From assembly GCA_030390025.1 (NCBI GenBank), contig CM059432.1:113710001-113774000 (forward strand): DNA of 64,000 bases. The letters are read 5' to 3'. This document shows positions 14,401-28,900 of the stretch, one piece after another (the stretch's first letter is position 1; every line of letters starts with the position of its first letter). The notes under the pieces were generated by a model, which had not been told where the DNA came from, did no database searches, and worked only from the letters and a program-made list of their open reading frames with translations. The position numbers and the translations under genes are program-made. Origin of the DNA: Squalus acanthias. Taxonomy: Eukaryota.

Positions 14401-14676
14401 CAACCACATTGCTGTGGAGTCACATATAGGCCAGACCAGGTAAGGACGGCAGATTTCCTTCCCTGAAGGACATTAGTGAATCAGATGGGCTTTTATGACA
14501 ATCCCATAGTTTTATGGTCACCATTACTGATACTAGCTTTTTATTCCAGATTTATTTAATTAACTGAATTAAAACTCCCGAGCTGCCGAGGTGTGATTTG
14601 AACTCACGTCTCTGGATCATTAGCCCAGGCCTGTGGATTACTAGCCCAGTGACATTTCCACTATGCTACCATTCCC
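11488..14676 (-). mobile_element. LINE family 2, near full length, with tRNA-like 5' head
   Basis: Head 14400-14676; APE start (LLTNIWGLVPKLGELSHRLIKQQPDI.ILTE), GDFNVHH and LDLFLTN; RT motifs; multiple frameshifts. Confidence 0.9.
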
Positions 14677-15579
14677 TTATATCTAGAGATTCTAATGATG
14701 TGAAACAAGGTGCATCATTTGGATCCATCACAGTGCCGAGCAGAGCTTTGAGCTTCTTCACAGACAGGAAAGGAAAATGTTCAATCTGGCTACAGGATGG
14801 TATTAATAGAGGTCATGGAGCAGGTACCTTTGCTCCAACCCATGTAAATCCTGGAGGCCTAATGACGCTTGCGCACATTGTATGTGGTGCACATGCACGT
14901 CAGGCACAGAGTGGGCTTCAGGCCTCTGCATCCAGTAATACAGGGCCGTTGTGCTGCGGGCTCACCAATCCCATTATCGGCCTATAATGTATAGTATGCT
15001 CCCTCTGGAGTGGACTTTCCTCAGCTCCACATGAAGCACACGATGGCAGCATGTGCAAATCAGAAAATTGGGCCTCTAACCTCACATGCTGAACTTCTCC
15101 AGCACCTGATTTTCAGATGGCTGCTTTTCCCTTGGAAAAGGTTGTCTTGTGAATTTGTGCCAAAGTTTTCTGTGCAAAGTAAAATTATGTGAATCAGGCC
15201 CAAGCTGGATGTTTCATATTCAGTTGGGGCTCCGTCCCCAGCAAGCTGGCTGCCCATATAAGATGGATACGTCAATTTGAAGGTGTTCTGGCCTCCCTGT
15301 CTTTAAGCTGACTTGTTGCAGTTTGTATTACATCAATTAAACAGTGATTTACCTGGCTGAGCTTTTAGACTATTACGCTATTGGACATTTTGTATATTGG
15401 TGAAGGCTCCACTTTTGGTCATTTTGGCAGAGGGGGAAATTCTGCAGTTCACACTTGCCTGCACTCCTGGTTGATACTGCTGCTGTCCCAAGTGCATGCA
15501 AGAATGGGGAGAGGATGAGAACCCCCCTTGGACATTCCAACTGTGCTTCATGGCCTGGATGGAGAAAAAACATTTATGA

Positions 15580-15835
15580 GGACACGCCATCTCATGGGCT
15601 ATATTCACTCTCACCAGGAAGTGTGTGTACAGACCCCAATAGTCTTACTTGAGGATGTCTGAGGAGACCTGTTTTTGCCGCCTCCCCCTTGCCAAGAGGC
15701 AATGACTGAGCTACATCTCCTGCTGCAGGCTGATCTACAGACCACCTCCAGGAATGCAAAGGCACCACCTGTAGCTGTGAAGATCACAATGACCTTAACC
15801 ACATATTTCCAGGCGACAGCAGGAGTCATTAAGTT
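15580..15835 (+). pseudogene. Highly degenerate Harbinger transposase N-terminal fragment
   Basis: EAMTELHLLLQADLQ...PPVAVKIT resembles EVVTELCHLLQPDLQ...SVAVKVT of the intact copy. Confidence 0.5.
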
Positions 15836-18800
15836 AGCAAGTGACAAATGCCATGCTTCAGCTGTCTAGGCCCTAAGCTCTGGAATTCCCTCCCTAAACC
15901 TCTCAGCCTCTCCACCTCACTCTCCTCCTTTAAGATTCACCTTAAAACCTCCCTCTGTGACCCTCACCTGTCATAATGTCTCCTTCTTTGGCTCGATGTA
16001 AATCTTTGTCTGATTACACTGCTGTGAAGCACCTTGGGACATTTTACTACATTAATGGCGCTATATAAATGCAGGTTGTTGTTTGATCTGATCTATAAGT
16101 GTACAGGTGATTAGTAAGCACAGAAATATAATCCTGCTGCCTAAGGACCTACGATTACTTTTATTTTGCTGCAGTCCACCATGCCGCAGATTAATTGGTT
16201 GGCTTTAGGAGGTGAGGACTACCTTTACAACCCTGACTCATGTACAGCACTGAAGTGTCAGCCTAGATTTTTGCGCTCAAGTCTCTGGAGTGGGACTTGA
16301 ACCCACAACCTTCTGACTCAGGCGAGAATGCTATCCACTGAGCCAGGGCTGACATTGGAAGAGCAGCTGTTGGCAACGTACTGCTGTGGGTCAATAATGA
16401 AAGGACATACATTCAACCTCCATGAAGCTGGCACATCATTTTCCTTTCCTTCCACCTCCACTAGCTTTTCTCACTTGTGCATTGTGCGTCACCCAATCCC
16501 CCTTCCTCCAACTCGCTGCATTTACCACAGTTGCTCGTAGCTGTGCTGCTGCCCGGGGCAGCTTTAGTGCTTGACGCAACGTTCTTGGTTTCTGCTGGAA
16601 TCAGGCAAACCTAATTCAGTAGCCAGTAGAGCTGCTCCTTGTGAGCAGAAACATTCCCTGCATTCAGGCACCTGATTGTGTGAGGCTCTGATGAAATGTG
16701 GGAGAATTGGGGGGCTGTAATTCAAACATTTTGATTATTACAGGCCTCTCAGATATGGCCTTTTGAATGTTTAACAATAATGGAATTAAATCTGTTTGCT
16801 TATTCCCGTTGACATTCCTGATAACAATAGCTTGTTCAGTTCATATTTAAATTGACTCCATATAACATTTCATCAGACATATATACCTTTTATTCATTCT
16901 AAACATGGCCAAAACCAATTATAACATTCCAGTCAGTGGGTCCAGTATTGGGGAAGAATAGTTGATAAGGTCAGAGTTCAGGCAGCTATGAGGTGATCCT
17001 ATTGAACTCTAAAGAGCATCTTATCAGAGTGATAAAAATTGCCACAGGGTCTAAAGGCCTCCAAAAACTTGTAGATAGCCAAGGGCTGCTACAGCTGCCA
17101 CGTGTTGTGGCTAACACTAGAGCTGATGCAGATCGACCTCAAATCATCAAAGGGAAAGATTCCATTTTCCAGTTAAGTCTCATCGCCGTGGGAGCCCTGA
17201 AAAACCTGTTGGATTTTAAAAAGCAGCCAGGTTGGTGATCTAACAACATACCTGAACCTGAAGAATTTGTTGCCCTGTCTTCCAACCACTCCCCCCTTCC
17301 TGATGGCAGCCTTGTGTTTAAATTTCCACTCTCAAGCTTCACCCATTACTGTTCCTTCTGATGATGAAAAGGGTTAAAAGAAGCATATAGCTTTTGACAT
17401 AAAGAGAATGCTGTGTGTGGTAGAGCTACTTCATTGTCCCCTTTCAATTCTCTGTGCCCTCAGGTACTTTGTCCAAGTGGCCTTTCTTCCTGTGTGAATT
17501 TAGCCAGTAAGTGAAGGTTTCCTCGTTCATTATATACATAAAGAACCTGTTTACCATTTCACTACAAATAGCGATCGGATTAAACCTTTTCACAGTGAAT
17601 GGAATCACAGCTAAGCCCAACCCTGTTTTCTCTCATTGCCATGCAAATAGTTTCCACTGGGAGTCATTGGACGGGTGTAAAATGGGCTCAGTAAGGGCCA
17701 GTTTCAGGGACCAATGTTCTGGGCCCCATGGATGCCTGGAAGACGTCTGATCCGACACTGGGTCGGGCACATTTTTCAGGCATCCGGGTTGGCCGCCTAA
17801 AACAGGCCTTGGGTCCCTTGCGTATGCGGGTGAGGGACCTAACCCATGTTTTAGAACCGCTCTGCTTTGAGTAAAGCAGACGCTGGGCCTGGTCCACTCA
17901 GGCTTTCCTGTCGTGGCTGCGGCCTAGCAAGCGGCCACCACCAAATAGATAAGTAGGGATGGACAATAAATGCTGGCCTCGCCAGCGACGCCCACATTCC
18001 AGGAACTAATTTAAAAAAAAAATGTTTTTTAATTAATTTTGATGTGAAGCCAGCCGGACTAGGAGTGCTCCTCGCAGATCCACTGCCGGCCCACGTTCAA
18101 CCCCCACCCCATGCTCCGTGCCCCCACCCTGCCCCCAGCACTTACCTGAGGGCCACTGATGGCGAGGCAGGTGGCCAGAAATTGGATCCCTCGGCATGGG
18201 TAAGCTGCCTCTGGAGGTACAACAGGTGCTGGCAACTCACCCGAAATATGGAGGCCTGAGGACCAATTCAGGGTGGACCTCGGGCTGGCTTTTTCTGATG
18301 CGTGCAGTGCACGCGTCACCTGGTTTGAGCCTGAAAACAGTTACAAACCAATTTAAACCCCTGGTGTACTACTGAATGGTTACTGAATTGTTTATACCTG
18401 GGAGTCCATTCCACGTATACACCACTCTGTGGAGGGGGCGGGGGGGGGAATTCTAATTTCTTGTATCTCTTGAGACTTGTTAATTTTAAAGCTGTACCCC
18501 TTTAGTTCTGTGGTAATGACGGTGGAGTTTTATCAGTGCAGTAGTTTGTAAGTATTCATTATGGAGACAGTGGGGTTCGTGATTTAGGAGTGGAAAATTA
18601 ACTAATAGCGAGCTCAAGCCACATAAACATTCTAAATTGCTTCCCATCAGCTGAACTCAAACAGGCAGCGATAGAACAAAATGCAAGAGCTTTGACTAGG
18701 GCTGGATAGTCGTTGAGGCTATGTATTATGACATTTGTTAAATAAATAAAGTCTGCAGCAACAAAATTTGTGCCAAGATTCAAGTCCATAACATTGTAAT

Positions 18801-18869
18801 TCTTAGTGAAACGTTTAAGAGCTTTGTTTTGGCAAATCTTTTTTTGCAGAGGTCTGATAAATATAAAAT

Positions 18870-20992
18870 GGCCTAGAAATTCGATACCGGTAAAAACCTG
18901 CCGGTGCCACCGCGGGCCGGTGTTAATGGCCACTGAAAATGGTGGCACTGGGGACTGATTAACAGTAGCCCAGTGCTAAACTTGCTGTGTAACGCTGTTC
19001 TGGTGGCATTAGTCCCAGCAGGAGGCCCAATGTAGCCTGGCCGTAGCGTCATTGCAGCAAGAACAGCCTTCTCTTAAAGCAAGGCTTTCATTTCAGAGAG
19101 CAGTTCAGTCCCTTAAAGGGGAAACTGCCTTATGAAATGAAAAAAATAAAAATCATGTAAAAATAGGCAGTTTTTAGCCCTTACAGCTCAACTGCCTTCT
19201 GAAAAATAATTAACATTGAAAAAATTCCCAAATGGAAGTCTTCAGCTCTTAAAACTGAATTTCCTTCCACACCTAGAAAAATGGAAGAAGTACTTCAGCA
19301 CTAACACAAATGGCTCAGCAAGCCAGGAAAGGAGCACCTAGGGTCTCGCAAGCAGCACTCCAGCTTTGTGCAGGGGGACAACACTGCAAGAGAGGTCCTC
19401 TACCCACAGGGGCCAGGAGGCCCTCCAGGAAGAACAATGTGGGACCAGATCACCGAGGCCGTCACTGCCAGCAGTGTCGCCCCCACGACCTGGCTCCAAT
19501 GGTCAAGGTCAGTGAATGCATCTTCAAAAGCCGTCTCCTACCAACTGCACCACTAGCCTCACACACACTGCTCATTGCATGACCCCCACCCCATCACTCA
19601 TCTACCAACAATCTGTACCTTACTGACTTGGAGGAGACGGTGCTGGCCATTCTTGGCAGGGGCATGGCTGAGCCCATGGCCAACGGCTGGACTGAAAGGA
19701 TACAAGATGCTGGTATCCTCATACGTTATCCTCCTTGTCACATGCACCTCTTGCTTTACCGCCCTCCTCTAACCACAACTTCACCCTTCTGCCTTCCTCA
19801 TTTCACACACCCAAGAAATGCAGCCTGCCCAGCCAGTGGTTGACCAAGAAAAGGGAGAGGAGAGTGAAGATGAAGAAGAAGAAGAAACACCGTCACTCGA
19901 TTTCAGACTCCCAGCCGTCAGCTCGTCAAGGTCGACCAGCATGGCCATTTTCAATGACCCCACTGAAAGTCAGCAGCCTTCCACCAGCCATGCTGCAGCC
20001 ACTGGGGTAGCACTGTGTGACATCAGTAGGATAGGCAAAGGCGCACACAAGACAGTCACTAAGAGAATGCATAAGGGTGATGAGTTGATTTCTTGATGTC
20101 ATATTGGATGGATGTATAAAGTTGGATTTGAAAGTTTGCTTTGTGGTGGCTTCTATTTCAGTATTGTGGCCATGAGGACGCTGTGATGGTCAGTAACAGA
20201 GAGAAGGTAAGGTGTGGGACAAATGTTGAAAGGGGAATTGGGGTTGTGGTCACTGGTACCGCAGGTGGATGATTCCATCCCGGATATCTCGGCCAGAAAG
20301 GGGCTGTCTGGGTTGCATCCTTCCTTCCGCTTCCTCCTCTTCTGCTTCCTCCTCTTCTGCATCTTCCTCTTCCCTCTGCGAGCGGATGCTGTAAATCTGA
20401 AATAAAAGCATAAAATGCTGGAAATACTCAGCAGGTCAGGCAGCATCACGACCCGAGATGTGAACTCTGTTTCTCTCTCCATGGATGCTGCCTGACCTGT
20501 TGAGTATTTCCAGCATTTTCTGTCTTCTCAGAGGCCTTCTTTGACATCCAAAGCCTTGCAAGTGTCCAGCAGCACTCCCTGCACACTTAAAAAAACTTTT
20601 AACATGTATTGTACCAAGCCACTACTTCAATAAAATCCAGTCCAGAATCTTAAATACAAACTTACCTGAAAGATGTGTGTGTCCCTTTAAGAGGTGCTGA
20701 CAGTGTCTCTGTCAGTCTGCTGAACGTTCGCTTTGCAGAGCGAGCTTAGGACCCGCCGCTAAACTCAGTGCTAAGGTCGAAGTTCGCAGACGTGGCACCA
20801 AGTTGGCGTGTGATGTCACGCTCTCTTCATTTATATTTCCAGGGCCAGCGCTGTTATTGGCAGCGCAAAAGCCCTCACTAAATTGGCGGCCACCAAGCAC
20901 CGCGCCACAGACGAGCGCTAGAATGGCAGCCGCCATTTTTCGGCAGGACAGCAGTGCAAACGGGTGTCGGTAAGCAGCCCAATTTCTAGACC
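18870..20992 (+). mobile_element. Degenerate Harbinger derivative (third family) with Myb-gene remnants
   Basis: TIRs GGCCTAGAAATT / AATTTCTAGACC; frameshifted Myb remnants from 19310 (REVLYP, WDQITEAVTASSVAPTTWLQ) and an acidic exon-3-like stretch; no clean TSD. Confidence 0.75.
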
Positions 20993-21585
20993 ATAGAGTA
21001 GAAAAGCCAGGAAGTCATGCTAAACCTATATAAAACACTAGTTCAGCCCCAACTGGAGTATTGTGTCCAATTCTGGACACCACACTTTAGGAAGGACGTG
21101 AAGGCTTTGGAGAGGGTACAGAAGAAATTTACTGGAATAGTTCCAGGGATGAGGGATTACAGTTAGGTGGATAGACTGGAGAAGCTGGGTTTGTTCTCCT
21201 TGGAGCAGAGAAGGCTAAGAGTAGATTTGATAGAGGTGTTCAAAATCATGAAGGGTTTAGACAGAGTAAATAAAGAGAAACTGTTTCCAAAGGCTGAAGG
21301 CTCGGTAACCAGAGGGCACAGATTTAAGGTGAATGGCAAAAGAACCAGAGGCGACATGTGGAAAAACTTTTTTACGCAACGAGTGGTTAGGACTTGGAAT
21401 GCCCTGCCTGATAGAGTGGTGGAAACAGATTCAATAGTAGCCTTCAAAAGGGAATTGGATAAATACTTGAAGGAGAAAAAATTGCAGGGATATGGGGAAA
21501 GAGTGGGGGAGTGGGACTAACTGGATTGCTCTTTGAAAGAGCCGGCGCAGACTCGATGGGCTGAATGCCCTCCTGTGCTGTACTA
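20993..21585 (+). mobile_element. CR1 3' fragment
   Basis: LGLFSLEQRRLRVDLIEVFKI...RVVRTWNALP. Confidence 0.88.
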
Positions 21586-21673
21586 CCCTTTTTAGGCCTT
21601 AGCCATGGCTCAGTGGTTGCACTCTTGCCTCTGAGTCAGAAGGTTGTGGGTTCAAGTCCCATTTTAGAGACAT

Positions 21674-22475
21674 GGGGGGAAAAATTGAGTTGGTTGCGCC
21701 TCCTGTTAGCGCCTTAAGAGGGCGCTAATGGGGCGCAAAGCAACTAGCGCCGCTCGCAAAATTAACTAGACATTTTGCTGCGGCGCTAAACAGTACCGCC
21801 ACGATCTCCTGCGCCGGCAGATTGTGACGTCAGTCGAGTGCGCAGCGCCCCGGAGCGGATATTGAGTGACGCTCCCTGCCTTACCGCCTGCCGCTAGCAA
21901 CGACAGGTTGAGGGGAGCGTTTTGCAGTCAGGAAGGGACTGGGGGAGCGCTATTTAAAGGCGACCGCTTCCTGTCTTTTTTTGTTGGTGACATTTTTGAA
22001 CCACGCATTCTGAGAGAGAGAGAGAGAGAGAGACTTCTGGATTTGCCCTTCCTTGTATCGATTTAGAAGAGACTGTGGGGGCTGCACTCAGCTGTTTCCC
22101 TGGGCCTCTCCATTGTTCTTTCCAGCAGATTTGATGTACAGGTCTCTCCAGGCCGAGATTCAAGGCTGCAATGAGCAGGATGTGGATGGAAAGCAAGATC
22201 AACCCTCCCCTTTAAGAACTGGCCAGCGCCATTGTGTCTGTGTTCCGTTGCTGACTGACATCACATGAGCTTCGCCAGCGCTCTGAGTTAGCGCCTCGCT
22301 CCTCGGCCTTTGCGCCTTAAGACAGATGTGTAGCGCCTGATTTTAGCGCTCCAATCACCTCCAGGGGCGATAAAAGTCAAGTTTGCAGTCGGAGGCGATA
22401 ATTAGCGCCAGGCGCTAATCTTTGCGCCCGGCCGATAATTGCGCCCCAAACGGGGCGATACTGAATTTTTCCCCC
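21674..22475 (-). mobile_element. Non-autonomous Harbinger (MITE-like deletion derivative), inserted into a SINE
   Basis: G-run+AAAAATT ... AATTTTT+C-run TIRs; 3-bp TSD (CAT or ATG, register ambiguous); ends homologous to 42398-46650; near reverse complement of 61914-62799. Confidence 0.92.
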
Positions 22476-23680
22476 ATGAGCACATAATCTAGTCTGATAC
22501 TCCAGTGTCAGTGCTGAGGGAGTGCTGCACTGTTGGGAGTGCTGCCTTTCGGATGAGACTTTAAACCGAGGCCCCGTCTGCTCTCTCAGCTGGATGTAAA
22601 AGATCCCATGGCACTATTTGAAGAAGAGCAGGGGAGTTATCCCCGGTGTCCTGGCCAATATTTAGCCCTCCTCCAACATCACTAAAACAGATTAAAGAAG
22701 GAAAAAGAAAGACTTGCATATAGCGTCTTTCACATCCTCAGGACGTCCCAAGGCGCTTTACAGCCAATGAAGTACTTTTTGAAGTGTAGTCACTGCTGTA
22801 ATGTAGGAAACGTAGGATTATCTGCTCATTATCACATTGCTGTTTGTGGGAGCTTGTTGTGCGCAAATTGACTATAAAGCGTTTTCCTGAGGTCACGAAA
22901 GGGGCCATATAAATATAAGTTCTGTCTTTCCTCCTGTGGAGCCTGGAGGAGCAGGAGTCCATCAGGGCTTACCTTGGGCCATTGCTGGCGAGGCAGACAG
23001 CCTGAAATTGATGTTTCCTGTTGGGCGAGCTGCCTGTGGAGGTGCAACCTGCACAGGGCCCTATGATGACAAGGCCCGAGGATCTATTTCTATAGATTCT
23101 CAGGCCTCTGAGTTCGGACTGCGCTGATCGCGCAAGGGCGAGTCTGGTCCAGACAAATCTTTACCCCCATGTGTGTATAGAACAGGTAGTAAGTAAACTG
23201 CCACACGTTAGGTGCTTGTCATCAAAGGAGAGACAGAGCTTGAGCAACATAGTTGGGTCTAAAATTGCTTTTTCCAAAATACTTCCAAATTGTGGCAGGT
23301 CAGGTGGACTAGGTTTTGAAAATGTGTAAATAGGTTTGTAATCTCATTTTACTGGATCCAATTCAATGGAAAGGAAAATTGGGCGGGGTGTATAACAGAC
23401 GAGCGAGCTGAATCACCTATTTTACACTATCACTAAATGTTACAATTACCCCTCCTCATACTTGGAAATGGCCTACCCTTGACATCTCTGGATAAATAAG
23501 GACAGGAAAGGTCTTGGTAACATTAAATTATGTTTTTCTTTACCTGACTCTCCTGCTACGTTAGTATAGTAAAAATTAATCTTGAATATTCTAACTGTAT
23601 GATTAAGCTTGGTTTGCTAGGAGGCTAGTTTTGTCTGAACATGTTCAATAAAGTTAACTGTAACATTTCATTCTTTCCAG

Positions 23681-23839
23681 GCTGCTGTGGCTGGAGGCAC
23701 CACCATGATATTAGACTTTGTGATGCCCAGCAAAGGTGCCTCTTTGTTAGAGGCCTATGACAAATGGAGAAGCTGGGCGGATGCTAAAGTCTGTTGTGAT
23801 TACTCATTCCACGTGGCTGTAACCTGGTGGAGTGCGAAG
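23681..23839 (+). CDS. DPYS: Dihydropyrimidinase, exon equivalent to human exon 2 (159 nt)
   Basis: ttctttccag|GCT acceptor and AAG|gtacag donor. Translates [53 protein letters not shown], the DPYS/CRMP GGTTM...CCDY motif. Not in the ORF track. Confidence 0.95.
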
Positions 23840-24539
23840 GTACAGTGAAAGTACTGATTAACACATTCCTTTCATTAGTGGCAGTAAAACGCAAAGAACT
23901 CCAATGGCTGTAATGATTTGTAGACTATTTTAACAATTTTCTGAAGCAAGTCTCAACTGTCGATTTGAACCCCGCTGCGCCCAATGAGAATGGGGGGGGT
24001 GCGGGAAGCAGGGGCGGGGGTTAAAATCGAGGCAACGTCTTGCCCTCAGGCTTGGCACCGCACCCACACCGGCCGCTGTTTTAACTCTCGGGTTTCAGCA
24101 GGGGTAAGACAGACTCTGACGAAATTTTAACGTGCGTCCGGTGCCCGGTGCTGGACTCGCCAGGAGCACTGGGCATCCAGAAGAGGGCCGAGAAGGTAGG
24201 TGGCTTTAATCTCTTTTAAAGTTTTCTGTTGGGCAAGGAGGAGCAGGAGGGCTCAAAATGTCAGTACATATTTTTAGGAAGTTGTGTACGTTTTTAAAAC
24301 TTAAACTCAATCAAACTCTAAACTGGATTACTAGTATGTGATTCTATTATTGAATGGGTAAACTATGGGACTGACTTTCCTCTCTTCCCTGCCACCCTGT
24401 CCACCCCCCAACACCCCGCCATGCCCGCACCCTATGCCTAGCCATTAGTCGGGTGGAGTGCACTTAAGGAGTATTCGCCTGACATGGCCTGAACCAACCT
24501 GGTGAGTAATCTGATCATGTAGAACCCTGGCAGAAAGGG

Positions 24540-25395
24540 GCTGTCTATGTTGTAGCCTCCTTCTTACTCTTCCTCATCCTCCTCGTGCTCCTGCTTCTCA
24601 GCATGTCGCCTGAAAGGTGGTGGCAAGGGCTGTTCCCTCATAATGTCAAGATTGTGCAGCATACTACCACAAATCTTCATACTCGCTCAGCTGAGTACTG
24701 CAGGGCTCCTCCAGAGCGGTCCAGGCAGTGGAAGCGTTGTTTGAGGACGCCTATGGTCTGTTCTATAATGTCCTTTGTGGCAGCATGGCTCTCATTGTAG
24801 GTCTGCTGCGCACCTGTGTGTAGGTTCCTGACCAGAGTCATGAGCCATGTCATGAGTGAATAACCCTGTTGCCCAGTAGCCAGCCACTGACATGCCGTGA
24901 TGGGTCAAATACAGGTGGCACAGAGGACTGCCACAGAATGAAGTAATCATGACTGCTGCCAGGATAACCAGCATTCACCTGCATGATGAGCTGCCTGTGG
25001 TTCATGAAAATGTCAGAGTTGGCATGAGGCGCACGCAAGGCAATGTGCATGCAGTCAATGGCACCCTGCACCAGGAGGAAGTCTGCAATCTGTGCAAACC
25101 CTTGTGATCTCTCCTGCTTATCTTTGGCAAGAGGGAATGAGATGTACGTGTTTACCATTGTCTAGAATGCCTCAGTGACCTCCCTTATACAGCAGTGCAC
25201 TGCAAACTGCAAGATGTTGCTTATATCTCCAGCAGCAACCTGAAAGGAGCCAGAGGCATAAAAATTAAGAGCTACGGTCACCTTGACGGCCACAGGCAAT
25301 GCAATCTTTGCACTACTTTGAAGCTTCAGTTGTGGCTGCAGCAGTTGACAGATTTCAGTCAGAACCTCCTTTGTGAACCAAAGACACCTCATGCA
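24540..25395 (-). pseudogene. Disrupted Harbinger transposase
   Basis: Split ORFs FTKEVLTEICQLLQP...VAVKVTVALNFYASGSFQ, VQGAIDCMHIALRAP, NAGYPGSSHD and GWLLGN, homologous to 44979-46139. Confidence 0.88.
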
Positions 25396-25945
25396 TTGAG
25401 GCTCCACCTGAACCAGAATGGGACCAGAGTCCTAGCGGAAAGGATAAATAGAGCTCTGGGTAGGACTTTAAACTAGTAAGACGGGGGGAGGGATCTAGTG
25501 AAAATAACATAAACCTGAATATAAAAGAAATAGGAGATGAGAGTAAAGGTCAGACCAAGATGAAGAATAAGGATAATATAAACAGTCAGGGAACAGATAC
25601 ACTAATAGAACAGAAGTATAAAATGACTGTTCAAAATATAATGAGTGGAATAATTCCCACGAGGGGGAAAGGTCGGGCAACCAAAGTCAGAGCTCCCTGG
25701 ATGATGAAAGAGATAGAAAGTAAAACAGAAAAAGAGTACGTATGACAGATGCGAGGTTGAGAATAGAAGTGAGAATGAGGCCAAATATAGAAAGTTCAGA
25801 GGGGAAGTGAAAAAGAAAATAAGAGGGGCAAAGAGAGAGTATGAGAATAGATTGGCAGCTAACATAAAAGAGGATTCAAAAGTCTTCTATAGGCATATAA
25901 ATAGTAAAAGGGTAGTAAGAGGAAGGGTGGAGCAGATTAGGGACC

Positions 25946-28900
25946 GGTGGGAATGGTAGCATAGTGTTATGTTACTGGACTAGTAATCCAGAGGCCTGGA
26001 CTAATGATCCGGAGACGTGAGTTCAAATCCCACCACGGCAGCTGGGGAATTTAAATTCAGTTAATTAAATAAATCTGGAATAAAAAGCTAGTATCAGTAA
26101 TGGTGACCATGATTCTATTGGATTGTCGTAAAAACCCATCTGGTTCACTAATGTCCTTTAGACATACCCATCTTGGCATACAGTCGGGAGGGAGAGGCCC
26201 TGGGAGTCCTCAACATTGACTCTGGACCCCATGAAGTCTCATGGCTTCAGATCAAGCATGGGCAAGGAAAACTCCTGCTGATTACCACCTAGTGCCCTCC
26301 CTCAGCTGATGAATCAGTACTCCTCCATGTTGAACACCACTTGGAAGAACCACTGAGAGTAGCAAGGGCACAGAATGTACTCTGGGTGGGGGACTTCAAT
26401 GTCCATCACCAGAGTGGCTCGGTAGCACCACTACTGACTGAGCTGGCTGGGTCCTGAGGACATAGCTGCCAGTCTGGGCCTGCAACACGAACCAACACTA
26501 GGGAAAAACCTACTTGACCTCGTCCTCACCAATCTACCTGTCCATGACAGTATTGGTAGTAGTGACCACCGCATAGTCATTGTGTGACATCTTCACACTG
26601 AGGACACCCTCCATCATGTGGCACTACCACCGTGCTAAATGGGATAGATTCGCAACAGATCTAGCAGCTCAAAACTGGGCATCCATGAGACGCTGTGGGC
26701 CATCAGCAGCAACAGAATTATATTCCACCACAATCTGTAACCTCATGGCCCTGCATATCCATTACCACCAAGCCAGGGGACTGGTTCAATAAGGAGTGTA
26801 GAAGAGCATGCCAGGAGCAGCACCAGGCATACCTAAAAATGAGGTGCCAACCTGGGGAAGCTGCAACACAGGCTAAGCAATCCCACAATCAACAGTTCAG
26901 ATCAAAGCTCTGCAGTCCTGCCACATCCAGTCGTGAATGGTGGTGGACCATTAAACAACTAACGGGAGGAGGAGGCTCCATGAATATCCCACCTCAATGA
27001 TGGTGGAGCACAGCACATGAGTGCAAGAGACAAGGCTGAAGCGTTTGCAACCATCTGCAGCCAGAAATGTCAATTGGTGATCTATATCAGCCTCCTCCTG
27101 AGGTCCCCACCATCACAGAAGCCAGTCTTCAGCCAATTCGATTCACTCCACGTAATATTAAGAAACGGCTGAACGCACTGGATACAGCAAAAGGTGTCAT
27201 CGACAGTGCTATCAAGCGGTACCTGCTCACTGATGCCCAGTTTGGGTTCTGCCAAAACCACTCAGCTCCCGACCTCATTACAGCCTTGGTCCAAACATGG
27301 ACAAAGGAGCTGAATTCCAGAGGTGAGGTGAGGTGAGGTGAGGGTGACTGCCCTTGACATCAAGGCAGCATTTGACCGAGTGGGGCATCAAGGAGCCCTA
27401 GTAAAACTGAAGTCAATGGGAATCGAGGGGGGGAACTCTCCACTGGCTGGAGTCATACCTAGCACAAAGGAAGACGGTTATGGTGGTTGGAGGTCAATCA
27501 TCACAGCCCCAAGAGTTCCTCAGAGCAGTGTCCTAGGCCCAACCTGCTTCATCAATGACCTTCCCTCCAACATAAGGTTAGAAATGGGGATGTTCTCTGA
27601 TGACTGCACAGTGTTCAACCACATTCACAACTCCTCAGATAATGAAGCAGACCATGCCCGCATGCAACAAGACCTGGACGACATTCAGGCTTAGGCTGAT
27701 AAATGGCAGGTAACATTCGCGCCAGGCAATAAGAACATAAGAAATAGGAGCAGGAGTAGGCCATTCGGCCCCTCGATCCTGCTCTGCCATTCAATAAGAT
27801 TATGGCTAATCTGATCTTGGCCTCAACTCCACTTTCCTGCCCGCTCCCCATAACCCTTGAGTCCCCTGTTTTTCAAAAATCTGTCTATCTCCGCCTTGAA
27901 TTTTTTCAATGATTCAGCCTTCACAGCTGTCGGGTAGAGAATTCCAAAGATTCACAACCATCAGAGAGAAGAAATTCCTCCTCATCTCCATTTTAAATGG
28001 GCGACCCCTTATTCTGAAACTATGCCGACTAGTTCTAGATTCCCTCACGAGGAGAAACATCCTCCCTGCAACTACCCTGTCAAGCCCCCTCAGAATCTTA
28101 TATGTTTCAATAAGATCACCTGTCATTCTTCTAAACTCCAATGAGTATAGGCCCAACCTGCGCAACCTTTCCTCATAAGACAACCCCTTCAACTCAAGAA
28201 TCAACCTATCTCCAACAAGTGAGAGTCTAACCACCGCCCCTTGACATTCAACGGCATTACCATTGCCGAATCCCCCACCATCAACATCCTGGGGGGTCAC
28301 CATTGACCAGAAACTTAACTGAACCAGCCACATAAATACAGTGGCAACAAGAGCAGGTCAGAGGCTAGGTATTCTGCGGGGAGTATCTCACCTCCTGGCT
28401 CCCCAAAGCCTTTCCACCATCTACAAGACACAAGTAAGGAGTGTGATGGAATACTCTCCACTTGCTTGGATGAGTGCAGCTCCAACAGCGCTCAAGAAGC
28501 TCGACACCATCAAGGACAAAGCAGCCCACTTGATTGGCACCCCATCCACCATCTTAAATATTCACTCCCTCCACCAACAGCGTACCGTGGCTGCAGTGTG
28601 TAACATCTACAAGATGTACTGCAGCAACTTGCCAAGCCTTCTTCGGCAGCACCTCCCAAACCCGTGACCTCTTCCACCTAGAAGGACAAGGGTAGCAGGC
28701 GCATGGGAACACCACCACCTCCAAGTTCCCCTCCAAGCCACACACCATCCTGACTTGGAAATATATCGCCGTTCCTTCATCGTCGCTGGGTCAAAATCCT
28801 GGAATTCCCTCCCTAGCAGCACTGTGGGAGTACCTTCACCACGCGGACTGCAGCGGTTCAAGAAGGCGGCTCACCACCACCATCTCAAGGGCAATTAGGG

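Noticed and set aside
25949..26040. Genuine tRNA genes (also at 21600 and 63171)
   Set aside because: A/B boxes are present but I see no complete cloverleaf, and they continue into repeat bodies.
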